From: Macrostomum hystrix
Taxonomy: Eukaryota; Animalia; Platyhelminthes
DNA: 64,000 nt
Assembly: GCA_950097015.1 (NCBI GenBank)
Contig: CATNEN010000003.1
Location: 9,176,001-9,240,000, forward strand
Reading direction: 5' to 3'
The notes under the pieces are model-generated. The model did no database searches. It saw nothing but the letters and a program-made list of their open reading frames with translations, and was not told the origin of the DNA. The position numbers were made by a program, and so were the translations under genes. Positions 48,303 to 60,657 of the stretch are shown piece after piece (position 1 is the first letter of the stretch; each line of letters opens with the position of its first letter).

Positions 48303-49164
48303 TTGGTGCAATCTGGCTGCAATTATTGTGTAAGAATGCTTGCATCTTTCTAAACCAATGTTTATATAAATAGCAGAAATAAATTATGTTTTAACCCAAG
48401 TAGCTTATGCTTTTTACTATTGAGCCTGAGATTAATAAATATGATTTAGAAAATTTAAAGCTATACAACTGCAATTCTTTTTAATATTTAGGTAACTATT
48501 TACCACTTTTTTACCTTTTTGATAACTAATTTTTTAAGTGTTATCTTTAAACAAAAAATAGTAAAATAATTTTATAAGTTATTGACTAAAAAACTACTTA
48601 AATAATAAATAATATCAATGACTGATATCTATATATTTTTGTAACTTAATAAAACTATATATACATTTAATGAAACATTATTACAAACTTTACTATCTTG
48701 TCGTGGCTATGTTTATAGCCATTGGCCAAGCACAGAAAATGACTATATAAAAAACACAATAGTTACTTTTCATTTTGACTTTTAGAGACAATGAGGCAAT
48801 ACTATGTAGGTAAAATTAGCTAGAATATATTTTAATAACTTAACAATACACATACCCCATCTAACTAGCTAGAAACAAATTAGAATCCTAGTTATAAATT
48901 AAAAAAGCTAGTGGTCTATAAAAATATATAATAACTATTAATTCATTGATTACACCTGCCCAAATTGGCACAGATATGCAACCAACAACAGAGTTGCAGC
49001 TATTGGGCAGCACATCTGAAGGTTGTGTAGAGCTTTTCAGTCTATAGACTGAGGGGACACCACACCCACATTTAATTACCCCAGCTAATACTGGTAGGCC
49101 CTAGTGTATGTTTATGGTCAAAACTAAGGGGCTTAAGGGTAGGAGTAAATAACTTCTTAGATTT

Positions 49165-49390
49165 CTTCCTGGCACATGTGTAATCACTGATGGATGGCAA
49201 ACTTAAGTGCATCTCTAGAATCATGCTATTGTCAACCACCAGCTTGCCTTTGTTAATCCTCAAGATCCAAATGTGCATACAAACCTCATCAAGGAAATGT
49301 GGGCACACTATAAGGCAAAGTTCCGAGTGATGCATGGAACAGCAATGACCTATTTGAGTTGCATCTCGAGGAATTCATGTGGCATAAGAT
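49165..49390 (+). pseudogene. Decayed Merlin/ISXO2(IS1595)-like DDE transposase fragment
   Basis: Translates LPGTCVITDGWQT*...HAIVNHQLAFVNPQDPNVHTNLIKEMWAHYK...HG, then after a frameshift LEEFMW. These match IS1595-family motifs (TDGW, VNH, HTN.IE..W, EF.W). Confidence 0.7.
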
Positions 49391-52300
49391 ACACTCACAT
49401 AACACCTTTGGCTTTGCAACATAGGCACTTACTCTTTTAAATTGTTCATTATTACCCTCTCTAAAGGGACACATTAAACACCTTTGGGCACTTAAAACTT
49501 TGAACTTATTGTTTGAACTTGTTTTCAATTTTTTGTTGCAATGTACATTTTTCAAAAAAAAATATTTAACAAATGAAACAAGAAAATTGCCCACTTCTGT
49601 GTGTGCTTATTTTGCTAGCTAACTTGCTACTTAAGCTAGCCCGTAGCTACAGCCTACTATATGTAAAGAACAGGGCCTGGAAATAAATTGTGATAGTCAG
49701 TAGGCCTATGCCACATATTGTCATATAGACAGGGCAAGGTCAAGTATTCTAGGAATAGGCTATACGCCTATACCCTTGTAAACCTCAGTAACTTCATAAA
49801 GGTTTGACATGTCATGGAAGAAGTAGGCCCTAGGCCTAACATTATACATTAAAAAAAACCTGTTACAAACTAAATTAAAGAATAGGGGCCTACAATAGCA
49901 AAAATATGAACAAACTACAGTAAAGAGTACCTAATATATATTCTAATTCTAGGAATTTAGCAGCTTTAAGCTTGCTAGCTTACTAGCTATAATAAGGCTC
50001 AAGGATTAATTTGAATAATAAGTAGGGCCTAGTTAACAATTAAAAAAGCAATGTGCATTGTAACCACATTTTAGCTTTAAGAGCAAATAAAACATTAAAT
50101 CAACAAATTGAGCGATAACACTTTACTGCTTACACAACAACAGAAAGCATGTAGGAAGACTAACAGATTGGGATCAGAAGCAGCGTTGACTTGAATCTTT
50201 TCTCAGGGCTCATTTAAGGGTGGTATAAAAAATCATTTATGTCTATGCTATAAAGTTTAGAAACTATATTTTAACGACGGTATCTGATATAAGATTACTA
50301 TATTTTGCGTATATAATTACAGACACAAAACGCTTGTTTTTCTCAGCGTAAGCGGCTTTTAATGTTTTAAAATACAACTTTTCTGGGAATCATTTAGCCA
50401 CAACTAGGTGCAGGCGCACATTCATCTGATATTCAATAACTAAGCTTATTTTATTATATTTATTTTTATTTTAAACAAGGTAATACGAATCTTATATAAT
50501 ACCCTATGGATCTATTTGTATTTTTTAGCTAAAACCATTATATTATCTTAAAAAATCTAAGCCTAATCGAAGCATTCTAGAGCTTCTGCTTCACAGCTAA
50601 AAATTGATGTATAAGCCTAACTATTGCTTTTTGCGTGCTAAACTAGTAAGTTGCAAGGAAAAGCATTTTATTTTATTCTTAGCAGTAAATTACTAAAATT
50701 TAGTACTACTATATATGCAAAAATGGTAACCTACTATTGCACTCACTGGTGTCAAAAGTTTTGAACTAATAATATTCGCTAGATTTTTGTTTTGGCAATA
50801 AATATCCTAGACATAGCTACTAGCTACCAGGTGGAAAATGTGTCAGTTTGTTCATTGATTTGCATTGTACATAGCTTATATTTAGATATTGCTAAACTAA
50901 TTGTCTTAGCGCTTATGCTTCGATAATTTAAATCTGTTGTTACCAAAGTTGTCACGACTCACAGGGTTATTTTATAGTAGTTAATATCTCGCTGAATGCC
51001 ACCAAAGTTGTTGTAGCACTATATAATATTTTATTCAAATACTATATTATATCAAACTTATGAGTGCCTCTAGTTATTCACTTTAGGCACTTCTTTTTTC
51101 ATTTCAAATTGGTAGCGTTATGTATTTAATCTGGTAGCATTTATAATTTTAATATGGCTGATATTTTATCCGTTCTATAACTTTCACTTATAACTTTTCT
51201 GCATTATTTCTTTTAGGGGTACTCTTTATCAGTCTTTATCTGTCTTTATCAATCTTCATCACTCTCTATCTGTCTTTATCAGTCTTTATCACTCTTCAAT
51301 TACTCTTCAATCAATCTTAAATTCAGTCTTCAGTCGGTCTTAGGCTTTACCAGTGGATCTTGGATCTTGGGCTTTTCCAGAGTTACAGCTTTCCTTTCAC
51401 TCTATTCACTTCTTTTTCTTTGTATCTTCAAATAACTTTGAGACAAACACTTTCAATATTCAAGCTTTCTGCACACTGTGAAAACACAATTGTTTCGAAT
51501 GTTTCAACACATGGATTTCTGCTTTCTCTCACTCATGTATTGACAAGAAACATTCGTAAATACAGTTTTTTGCTTCCCTTCTTCACTTCATTATAACTGT
51601 TTATATTTTTGGTGCACCAAAAAAACAATTTTTGGTGCATTTTAACAAATTGGAGTGTATTTAAACAAATTACAAGTATTTCTAAGAAAATAAGTGTAGC
51701 CATATCTCATAATCTGGCATGTAACCAGGATTTTGTGACAGTTGTGGGAGGATATAAAAATGCATTACCTTGGAACTGTCAGTCAGGCAAACAACTGACC
51801 CATCACCCTTGGTCTGCCAAGGCTCTACACCCTGACTTTGATGCTGTGCCCAGTTCATTCCTTGTTAATAAAATTTAGAGAAAAATCTGACAAAAAACGA
51901 TGGGTGGATATATTTTCCCATCCCAATACCCCCTTAGACATGCCACAGTTGCCTATAGCTCCTAACACTTACATGCACTATAGCTATTCAGCCACTTAAA
52001 ACTGCATTTATAAGAGTTACACTTATTAAGCTCTTAAAAACATATGCAACTCTAACAACACAAATTTATAAATACATGTGGGCAACTATTACTATTAAAT
52101 TGAAAATTATTATCTGTGTAATGTTTGAGTTATTTAGACATATGATTTTAGTACATAACTACACATAACTACATAAAAAGTTCATAACTACCCTGCAGAC
52201 AATCTGTCTTTTATAACATATTTTTTCCATAATTTGGAATCTAGGCATATGCCGTAGCTAATTATTGGCAAGTTTAAATAAACTCTTTGTTTTTTTAGAG

Positions 52301-52479
52301 TTTAAAGATGTTTATAACAGACTAAATAAATTAAATGATGGCTATGGTAAGCATTGTGATCATTTTTTTTGTTGTAAATATAATATCTAAAATTCGTCCA
52401 TTTGTAAATATAATATTTGTACATAAAATTTTTTTTCAATCCTTTATTGGTAATATGCTGACTAATTCCAGCCTCAGAC

Positions 52480-52737
52480 ATGGCCCAATCATCAGGATCA
52501 AAGGCTTCCTGTGTTTCAGCCCCTGGGAGTGCCTGCAATGTTGACACAGATGATAAACAGATTTGCATCGCCATGGTGTCAGATTTCTTCTTTCCCAATA
52601 TGGGAGGAGTTGAGACCCATATTTACCAGCTGGCTCAGTGCCTGATAAGCCTGGGTCATCGGGTGATTGTCATCACACACGCCTATGGTGACAAATGTCA
52701 GAGGCGCGGAGTGCGCTGGATGATGAATGGCTTGAAG
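52480..52737 (+). CDS. PIGA: PIGA exon 1
   Basis: [14 protein letters not shown] motif; donor gttggt. Confidence 0.9.
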
Positions 52738-55700
52738 GTTGGTGAATTTAGATGCAAAAGGCAGAGCGTTAGGAGAGGTGATTCTCACTTAAGGGTACTT
52801 GATGAGGGGATTCTGATAAGGCCTTGGTGTCTGATAAGGCGATTCATTGGAATATTGGTGTCTGATAAGGCGATTCCTTGGAATATTGGTGTCTGATAAG
52901 GCGATTCCTTGGAACATTGGTGTCTGATAAAGTGATTTCTTGGAATATTGGTGTCTGATAAAGCGATTCCTTGAAATATTGGTGTCCGATAAGGCGATTC
53001 CATAGGATATTGGTGTCTGATAAGGCGATTCCTTGGAATATTGGTGTCTGATAAGGCGATTCCTTGGAATATTGGTGTCTGATAAGGCGATTCCTTGGAA
53101 TATTGGTGTCTGATAAGGCGATTCCTTGGAATATTGGTGTCTGATAAGGCGATTCCTTAGAATATTGGTGTCTGATAAGACGATTCCTTGGAATATTGGT
53201 GTCTGATAAGGCGATTCCTTGGGATATTTGTGTCTGATAAGGCGATTCCTTGGGATATTGGTGTCTGATAAGGCGATTCCTTGGAATATTGGTGTCTGAT
53301 AAGGCGATTCATTGGAATATTGGTGTCTGATAAGGCGATTCCATAGGATATTGGTGTCTGATAAGGCGATTCCATAGGATATTGGTGTCTGATAAGGCGA
53401 TTCCATAGGATATTGGTGTCTGATAAGGCGATTCCATAGGATATTAGTGTCTGATAAGGCGATTCCATAGGATATTGGTGTCTGATAAGGCGATTCCTTG
53501 GAATATTGGTGTCTGATAAGGCGATTCCTTGGAATATTGGTGTCTGATAAGGCGATTCCTTGGGATATTGGTGTCTGATAAGGCGATTCCTTGGGATATT
53601 GGTGTCTGATAAGTCGATTCCTTGGAATATTGGTGTCTGATAAGGCGATTCCTTGGAATATTGGTGTCTGATAAGTCGATTCCTTGGAACATTGGTGTCT
53701 GATAAGGCGATTCCTTGGGATATTGGTGTCTGATAAGGCGATTCCATAGGATATTGGTGTCTGATAAGGCGATTCCTTGGGATATTGGTGTCTGATAATA
53801 CGATTTCTTGGGACATTGGTGTCTGATAAGGCGATTCCTTGGGATATTGGTGTCTGATAAGACGATTTCTTGGGACATTGGTGTCTGATAAGGCGATTCC
53901 TTGGGATATTGGCGTCTGATAAGGCGATTCCTTGGGATATTGGTGTCTGATAAGGCGATTCCATAGGATATTGGAATATTATGCTATCTGAAAAATTAAA
54001 AGTGGCTTATGTTATTGAAGACATAGAATTATGCTTCCTTTGAGTGCAGTCCGTGTTTTCCCGTCTACCGCATCCTGCAGGTGTACTATTTGCCATTTCT
54101 GCCCTACTATAACCAGTGCGTCCTGCCCACTGTGTTATTTACGCTGCCACTAGTCAGGCAAGTTCTGTTGCGCGAACGCGTCCGATTGGTTCACGGCCAT
54201 TCGGCATTTAGTGCCCTAGCCAATCAGACACTGCTGCACGCTAGGACACTTGGCTTGCCAACTGTGTTCACTGATCATTCTCTGTTTGGTTTTGCCGATG
54301 TCAGCTCTATACTCACTAATAAGCTGCTCAATGGCATCCTATGCGACACGTGCCACGTCATCTGCGTCTCACACACCAGGTGCGCTTAATATCATTATCA
54401 TTATTCATCAGTTTAATAATCCCATCCTTCTCAGATTCTCGTTCTGAGCATCATATCCTTCTCGGCTCCTCATTCTGAGCACCCTATCATTCTCAGATTC
54501 TCATTCTGAGCACTCTATCCTTCTCAGATTCTCATTCTGAGCACTCTATCCTTCTCAGATTATCATTCTGAGCACTCTATCCTTCTCAGATTCTCATTCT
54601 AAGCACTCTATCCTTCTCAGATTCTCATTCTAAGCACTCTATCCTTTTCAGATTATCATTCTAAGCACTCTATCCTTCTCAGATTCTCATTCTAAGCACT
54701 CTATCCTTTTCAGATTATCATTCTGAGCACTCTATCCTTCTCAGATTCTCATTCTAAGCACTCTATCCTTCTCAGATTATCATTCTAAGCACTCTATCCT
54801 TCTCAGATTATCATTCTGAGCACTCTATCCTTCTCAGATTCTCATTCTAAGCACTCTATCCTTCTCAGATCCTCATTTTAAGCACTCTATCTTTCTCAGA
54901 TCCTCATTCTCAGATCACAAAATACCTCTTAGATCATGCTTTTCGAGTAACGCGTTTTTTTCATTTTCCTAAATCGATGGCATCAAGCAAGGAGAACACG
55001 GCTTTGCGAGCTATGCTGTGTCCCAGTCGCATCTCGGTCATACCTAACGCGATTGACGCAGACGCATTTACACCTGACCCTGATCAGCGAGACACCAGAT
55101 TCAGTGAGTGCCTCGACTGGTTGATTTGGGAGCTGGTTAAGTAGTGTGTTTGTAGAGTAGTGTTTTTGTAGAGTAGGGTGCTTGTTGAGTAGAGTGTTTG
55201 TTGAGTAGGGTGTTGGTTGAGTAGGGTGTTGGTTGAGTAGGGTGTTGGTTGTGTAGAGTGTTGGTTGAGTAGGGTGTTGGTTGAGTAGGGTGTTGGTTGA
55301 GTAGGGTGTTGGTTGAGTAGGGTGTTGGTTGAGTAGGGTGTTGGTTGAGTAGGGTGTTTGTTAAGTAGGGTGTTTGTTAAGTAGGGTGTTTGTTGAGTAG
55401 GTGTTTGTTGAGTAGGCTGTTTGTTGAGTAGGGTGTTTGTTGAGTAGGGTGTTTGTTGAGTAGGCTGTTTGTTGAGTAGAGTGTTTGTTGAGTAGGGTGT
55501 TGGTTGAGTAGGGTGTTTGTTGAGTAGGCTGTTTGTTGAGTAGGGTGTTTGTTGAGTAGGGTGTTTGTTGAGTAGGGTGTTTGTTGAGTAGGGTGTTGGT
55601 TGAGTAGGCTGTTTGTTGAGTAGGGTGTTTGTTGAGTAGGCTGTTTGTTGAGTAGGGTGTTTGTTGAGTAGGGTGTTTGTTGAGTAGGGTGTTTGTTAAG

Positions 55701-58542
55701 TAGGGTGTTTGTTGAGTAGGGTGTTTGTTGAGAAGGGTGTTGGTTGAGTAGGGTGTTTGTTGAGTAGGCTGTTTGTTGAGTATGGTGTTTGTTGAGAAGG
55801 GTGTTGGTTGAGTAGGGTGTTGGTTGAGTAGGGTGTTTGTTGAGTAGGGTGTTGGTTGAGTAGGGTGTTGGTTGAGTAGGGTGTTTGTTGAGTAGGGTGT
55901 TGGTTGAGTAGGGTGTTGGTTGAGTAGGGTGTTGATTTGTTTAAGAATGTGAGTTGGTTGTTACAGTGACACAATAAGCTGACGCGACATTATAAACATG
56001 TTAATTGTTTAAATTTTTTTGTCATGTGTCTAATATTCTAAATATTCCTTGCCTAAATGACTCACGTGTACTCACTAATTCAAAACCGCAGTCACCATAG
56101 TAGTGCTGAGTCGGCTAGTCTATCGCAAAGGCGTGGACCTGTTGTCCCGCGTGATTCCTATCATCTGCTCCCGTCATGAGGATGTTCGCTTTCTGATTGG
56201 CGGCGAAGGGCCCAAACGGCTAGTCCTCGAAGAGCTACGAGAACGACTGGGCATTCAGGATAGGGTGCTGCTGCAGGGCCAGGTGCCGCATCACCAGGTA
56301 ACATCGCGGGGGAGTATTTCAAATACCCACTGCCTACTTCACTATAGCTCCCAAGCCGACTAAACCATTTTCGTAAAAGTCCACCATCTGAATCTAAACT
56401 GTCCGCCCTTTACGATGAACGATGAACTAATTTTCAATGCCATCCGCAGTCAGCATCGTCGGAAATTCAGAGCTATTTATGTCGAAGACACTGGTGACAA
56501 GGAGAGCTAATATTGCTCTGTGTAAACCTCTATGGCCTAGAGGTTCCCCTAGGCTACAATCTCCTAGGCTACAGTCTCCTAGGCTACAGTCTCTTTGGCT
56601 ACAATCTCTTTGGCTACAGTCTCCTAGGCTACAATCTCCTAGGCTACAATCTCTTTGGCTACAATCTCTTTGGCTACAATCTCCTAGGCTACAAACTCCT
56701 AGGCTACAGTCTCCTAGGCTACAGTCTCCTAGGCTACAAACTCCTAGGCTACAGTCTCCTAGGCTACAATCTCCTAGGCTACAATCTCTTTGGCTACAGT
56801 CTCCTAGGCTACAATCTCCTAGGCTACAATCTCCTAGGCTACAATCTCCTAGGCTACAATCACTCAAAATTTCAGGTGAGATCCCATCTAGTGAGAGGCG
56901 ATATCTTCTTAAACACCTCCCTAACGGAAGCATTCTGCATGGCCATACTGGAGGGCGCCAGTTGCGGCTTATCAGTTGTCAGCACGGATGTTGGCGGGAT
57001 ACCGGAGGTTCTACCCCCCGGCCTAATCCGATTAGCTAAGCCTGACGCCGCTTCTCTAACGGCCGCCCTAGAATTGGCCATAGACGATTGTCGACGCAGC
57101 GACGATGATCCGAATTATTCAAAGCCGGAAGGGCGCCGCAAACCGGAGGAATTTTATAGGCTGCACGCGGCTGTTAGAGATATTTACACTTGGAGAAATG
57201 TAGCTCTAAGAACCGAGTGTGTCTATAACCTGGTGCTTGCCAAAGGTGCAGCTGAACCAACTAGACAGAGGCTGGCTAACTATATCACCGCCTGCGGACC
57301 AGTTGGCGGCAAAATCTTCCTGATTTTTGCCCTGCTTAATCTGCTTCTGGCCTGGCTATTGCAAAGACTGCAGCCTGCTGAGGTGATACTTGGTGATTCT
57401 TGGGGATTAGGCTAGGGATTATTTTGGGATTACTCCCTGAATTAGGCAAAGGATTATTTTGGGATTATTGGCTGGATTAAGCTAGGGGTTATTTTGGGAT
57501 ACTTGGCTGTATTAGGCTAGGGATTCTTTGCTTGAATTAGGCAAGGGATTATATTAGAGTTCTTGGCTGGATTAGGCTAGGGATTCTTTTGGGATTATTC
57601 CCTGGATTTGGCTAGGGATTCTTTTGGGATTCTTTGCTTGAATTAGGCAAGGGATTATATTAGAGTTCTTGGCTGGATTAGGCTAGGGATTCTTTTGGGA
57701 TTATTCCCTGGATTTGGCTAGGGATTCTTTTGGGATTCTTGTCTGGATTAGGCTAGGGATTCTTTTGGGATTATTCCCTGGATTTGGCTAGGGGTTCTTT
57801 TGGGATTCTTGTCTGGATTATGCTAGGGATTCTTTTGGGATTCTTGTCTGGATTAGGCTAGAGATTCTTTTAGGATTATTCCCTGGATTAGGCTAGAGAT
57901 TCTTTTAGGATTATTCCCTGGATTAGGCTAGGGATTCTTTTGGGATTCTTTGCTGGAATTAGGCAAGGGATTATATTAGAGTTCTTGGCTGGATTAGGCT
58001 AGGGATTCTTTTGGGATTCTTGGCTGGATTAGGCTAGGGATTCTTTTGGGATTCTTGGCTGGATTAGGCTAGGGATTCTTTTGGGATTCTTGGCTGGATT
58101 AGGCTAGGGATTCTTTTGGGATTCTTGGCTGGATTAGGCTAGGGATTCTTTTGGGATTATTCCCTGGATTAGGCTAGGGATTCTTTTGGGATTATTCCCT
58201 GGATTAGGCTAGGGATTCTTTTGGGATTATTCCCTGGATTAGGCTAGGAATTCTTTTGGGATTCTTGGCTGGATTCTTGGCATTCTTTCTAGAATGAGTC
58301 TACAGATTCTTGGTTAACTGAAAAGTTTTTTAATATAGCAACCTGTGTTTTCCACTACTTGCAGTAGAAACATTTGAAAGTAAAACAGAAAATTCTGAAT
58401 TAGAGGGTTTTTGTGTTAAAGAAAACCTACTCTACATTTTCCTACTTATGTAAACAAATGTTTCCAGCGCATGGAGCCTGGTATCGCGCCGGATCAGAAG
58501 AAGCTTATGCGCATTGACGCTACTTCAGAGGTCAGTCAGTGA
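52480..58542 (+). CDS. PIGA: Phosphatidylinositol N-acetylglucosaminyltransferase subunit A (~486 aa); join(52480..52737,54081..54379,54988..55103,56092..56297,56876..57382,58468..58542)
   Basis: [23 protein letters not shown]|[30 protein letters not shown]|[46 protein letters not shown], and a C-terminal TM helix. Phases are consistent; the last exon is less certain. Confidence 0.95.
52825..53975. repeat. PIGA intron 1 minisatellite, 31-bp unit ggtgtctgataaggcgattccttggaatatt, ~37 copies
   Basis: Directly visible. Confidence 0.97.
54081..54379 (+). CDS. PIGA: PIGA exon 2
   Basis: VYYLP...[12 protein letters not shown]...CVSHT. Confidence 0.92.
54425..54912. repeat. PIGA intron 2 minisatellite, 31-bp unit cactctatccttctcagattctcattctgag, ~16 copies
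   Basis: Directly visible. Confidence 0.95.
54988..55103 (+). CDS. PIGA: PIGA exon 3 (AAG acceptor)
   Basis: [31 protein letters not shown]; donor gtgagt. Confidence 0.9.
55140..55935. repeat. PIGA intron 3 minisatellite, 16-bp unit gtagggtgtt(t/g)gttga, ~49 copies
   Basis: Directly visible. Confidence 0.95.
56092..56297 (+). CDS. PIGA: PIGA exon 4
   Basis: [17 protein letters not shown]...IGGEGPKR. Confidence 0.92.
56548..56860. repeat. PIGA intron 4 minisatellite, 15-bp unit ctaggctacaatctc, ~21 copies
   Basis: Directly visible; ends about 15 bp before the acceptor. Confidence 0.95.
56876..57382 (+). CDS. PIGA: PIGA exon 5
   Basis: [24 protein letters not shown]...GGIPEVLP, and a TM segment. 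Confidence 0.92.
57400..58280. repeat. PIGA intron 5 minisatellite, ~35-bp unit ggattaggctagggattcttttgggattcttggct, ~25 copies
   Basis: Directly visible. Confidence 0.93.
58468..58542 (+). CDS. PIGA: PIGA probable last coding exon
   Basis: Acceptor tttccag in phase 0; [24 protein letters not shown]; brings the protein to a typical PIGA length. Confidence 0.6.
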   Translation, partial: RMEPGIAPDQKKLMRIDATSEVSQ

Positions 58543-58929
58543 CATCTACTTTTTTCAATAGAAAAATAATGTCTGTTTTATAATAGATTAGTCGTTTCTT
58601 GTTGAGATAAAGTTTTATAATTGTTTTCCTATGTAACGAGTTTTTCGAGTTGTACATGTATGTCTGTCATCATTCGCAATTTCAGAGGTCAAATACAATC
58701 AATTGTATCAATTGGATCAATTTTAAACATTAAACTAATAAGCGAAAGTTCGCAGGTTTATTTATTTATATGTTTCAACACTATTCTATCTATAATTACA
58801 TCATTATCTATCACTCTATAGCTAATCTATATAATTCTATGTCCTCTGTATCACTCTCTGCCCCTCTACCCAAGCTACTCTCCTTTATCTCGCTCCTATC
58901 TCTCTCTCTCTCCTCTACCTTTGTCTTCC

Positions 58930-60030
58930 GTATCTACCTCTCTTATCAATCTCTGTCTCACTTATCTACTTCTCTCCTATTTACCTCTCTCCTGTCTACC
59001 TCTCTCCTATCTACCTCTCTCATATCTACCTCTCTTATCTACCTCTCTCATATCTACCTCTCTCATATCTACCTCTCTCCTATCTACCTCTCTCATATCT
59101 ACCTCTCTCATATCTACCTCTCTCCTATCTACCTCTCTCATATCTACCTCTCTCCTGTCTACCTCTCCTATCTACTTCTCTTCCATATCTACCTTCCTCC
59201 TCTACCCATCTCTCTCTCCTTTCTACCCCTCTCCTATCTACCCCTCTCCTATCTACCCCTCTCCTATCTACCCCTCTCCTATCTACTTCTCTCCCATCTA
59301 CCTCTCTTATATCTACCTCTCTCATATCTACCTCTCTCATATCTAACTCTCTCCTATCTACCTCTCATATCTACCTCTCTTCCATATCTACCTCTCTCCT
59401 CTACCCATCTCTCTCTCATATCTACCCCTCTCCTATCTACCCCTCTCCTATCTACCTCTCTCATCTACCTCTCTCCTATCTACCCTTCTCCTATCTACCT
59501 CTCTCATCTAACTCTCTCCTATCTAACTCTCTCCTATCTACCTCTCTCATATCTACCTATCATATCTACCTCTCTCATATCTAGCTCTCATATCTACCTC
59601 TCTCCTATCTACCTCTTCTATCTACCTCTCTTCCATATCTACCTCTCTCCTATCTACCTCTCCTATCTACCTCTGTTCCATATCTACCTCTCTCCTATCT
59701 ACCTCTCCTATCTACCTCTGTTCCATATCTACCTCTCTCCTATCTACCTCTCCTATCTACCTCTCTTCCATATCTACCTCTCTCCTCTACCCATCTCTCT
59801 CCTATCTACCCCTCTCCTATCTACCTCTCTTCTATCTACTTCTCTCCCATCTACCTCTCTAATCAAGCTCTCTCCTATCTAACTCTCTCCCATCTACCTC
59901 TCTCATATCTACCTCTCTCCTATCTACCTCTCTCATATCTACCTCTCTCCTATCAACCTCTCCTATCTACCTCTCTCCTCTACCCATCTCTTTCTCCTAT
60001 CTACTCCTCTCTCCTCTACCCCTCTCTCCA
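58930..60030. repeat. Pyrimidine-rich array, ~15-bp unit tctacctctctccta
   Basis: Directly visible. Confidence 0.92.
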
Positions 60031-60657
60031 TTATCTACATCTTGGTATCTCAGTCTATCTCTCCCCCGTCTACCTCTCCTTTGCGCCCTTCTAACTCTTC
60101 TATACGTCTCCATGTCATGCTCTCACTGCGTAAACAGTTACCTGTGTAACAGGCAGGGGTTCTGTGCTGTGCCGTTAAAATACTGAAAAAGTATTCAACA
60201 AAATGCTTCTACTCTCTCGAGTGAATCGGTATTTTCGGCTCGTGAAAGTGCAATCACGTTCTTGACATTCTTCATGAAGGTGAACATTTTTTATGCGATT
60301 TCTTTATTACCTCGCTTACTCTTTGCTTTTTATCTTATCTGATTATTTTTTTGCACTTTTGGGTGTTACACCTCATTCTCTATGGTGCTTGCAATCGTTA
60401 AAGTCAGGTTAGTCATAAACCAACTAACTAAACTATACTAGCTCAGCTATGAGACCCAGCCGACATTCATTATCGGTAAAATGATCAGATTTCAAAAATG
60501 CTATCTAGCCTAGCATGCTTTGCTCAAAGTTTATATATGATCTCATCGATTCGGTGGATCACAACTTATAACTTTCTCCCTCTCTACCCCTCACTGTGTC
60601 ATCTACTCTCCGTCTCCGTCATCTCAACATTTCCTTTACCCCCGATATTAAATTACT

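Noticed and set aside
52789-53964. Minus-strand ORFs in PIGA intron 1 and the LLGYN extension of ORF 56513-57415
   Set aside because: Translations of intronic arrays; PIGA homology resumes only at the acceptors 54081 and 56876.
56871-56881. Recursive-splicing AG|GT motif (ttcag|gtgaga; also cag|gtgtac at 54081)
   Set aside because: The GT is explained by conserved Val codons at the exon starts, and the introns are short.
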